Origin: Sminthopsis crassicaudata | Lineage: Eukaryota | DNA: 64,000 nt | Direction of reading: 5' to 3' | Assembly (NCBI RefSeq): GCF_048593235.1 | Contig: NC_133618.1 | Span: forward strand, 528,398,465-528,462,464 | Shown: in pieces, positions 63,701-64,000 of the stretch | Layout of the letters: each line of letters begins with the position of its first letter | Position numbering within the stretch: the stretch's first letter is position 1 | Program-made: the position numbers and the translations under genes | Notes under the pieces: generated by a model | What the model saw: the letters and a program-made list of their open reading frames with translations, nothing else | What the model was told of the DNA's origin: nothing | Databases searched by the model: none

Positions 63701-64000
63701 CTAAAGAATAAAATACTTAATCTAAGCCTCCTATTTAATGTAAGGAATACTGTAGAGATACAGAAATTGATATATTCTTCTGATCTTAACACTGCATAAG
63801 AATAAATAAAACAAAGCTATAATTTTATTTATTCATCCTCTAAAGCAACAGCCCGATATCATAGCAGGTGTCTCACTCTTCTGATAAAATTTAATTTCCC
63901 TGACATTTTTTGAGGGGACAGTTGTTTTTTTTTTTTTTTTTAAAGTTTTTCTTTCTGGTCATCCCTTCTCCACTCTTTCCTCTTCCCAGTTTCAAACATA

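Noticed and set aside
1-64000. CRISPR arrays, operons, rRNA or other prokaryotic-type systems
   Set aside because: The window is mammalian genomic DNA. I saw no regularly spaced repeat-spacer array, no rRNA-like sequence and no long intronless ORF cluster.

Overview
AT-rich vertebrate genomic DNA. The CORE-SINE complement (WSINE1-like, MAR1-like, MIR) together with L1, L2, CR1/L3 and solo LTRs points to a marsupial, most likely a dasyurid (inference). The only protein-coding gene I can support is the 3' part of ZNF280D on the minus strand. Six consecutive exons splice in frame with GT-AG boundaries: 53432-53494, 49149-49267, 49010-49046, 43885-43930, 30838-30893 and 28084-28702. The joined peptide runs FHSARASKRFCIFKKHSEDLR-GITVVCLNCDF...THTC...ELKMCQSSENIIL...SEQGSIHLEPLTPSEVLE...DEKEAS*. 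The upstream exons appear to lie beyond the window. Positions 1 to about 26.7 kb are repeat-rich intergenic DNA. Nearly all other ORFs in the supplied track are chance ORFs in repeats. I found no convincing novel multi-gene system. The most interesting signals are in the ZNF280D introns: an in-frame alternative exon at 48.1-48.4 kb, a 93-nt frame-preserving pseudo-exon with one stop, inverted young SINE pairs bracketing coding exons, G-tailed SINEs, a cluster of antisense solo LTRs, and a possible decayed ERV. Repeat family names and boundaries come from visual recognition and are approximate unless a TSD is given. There is a 188-nt N gap at 56371-56558.
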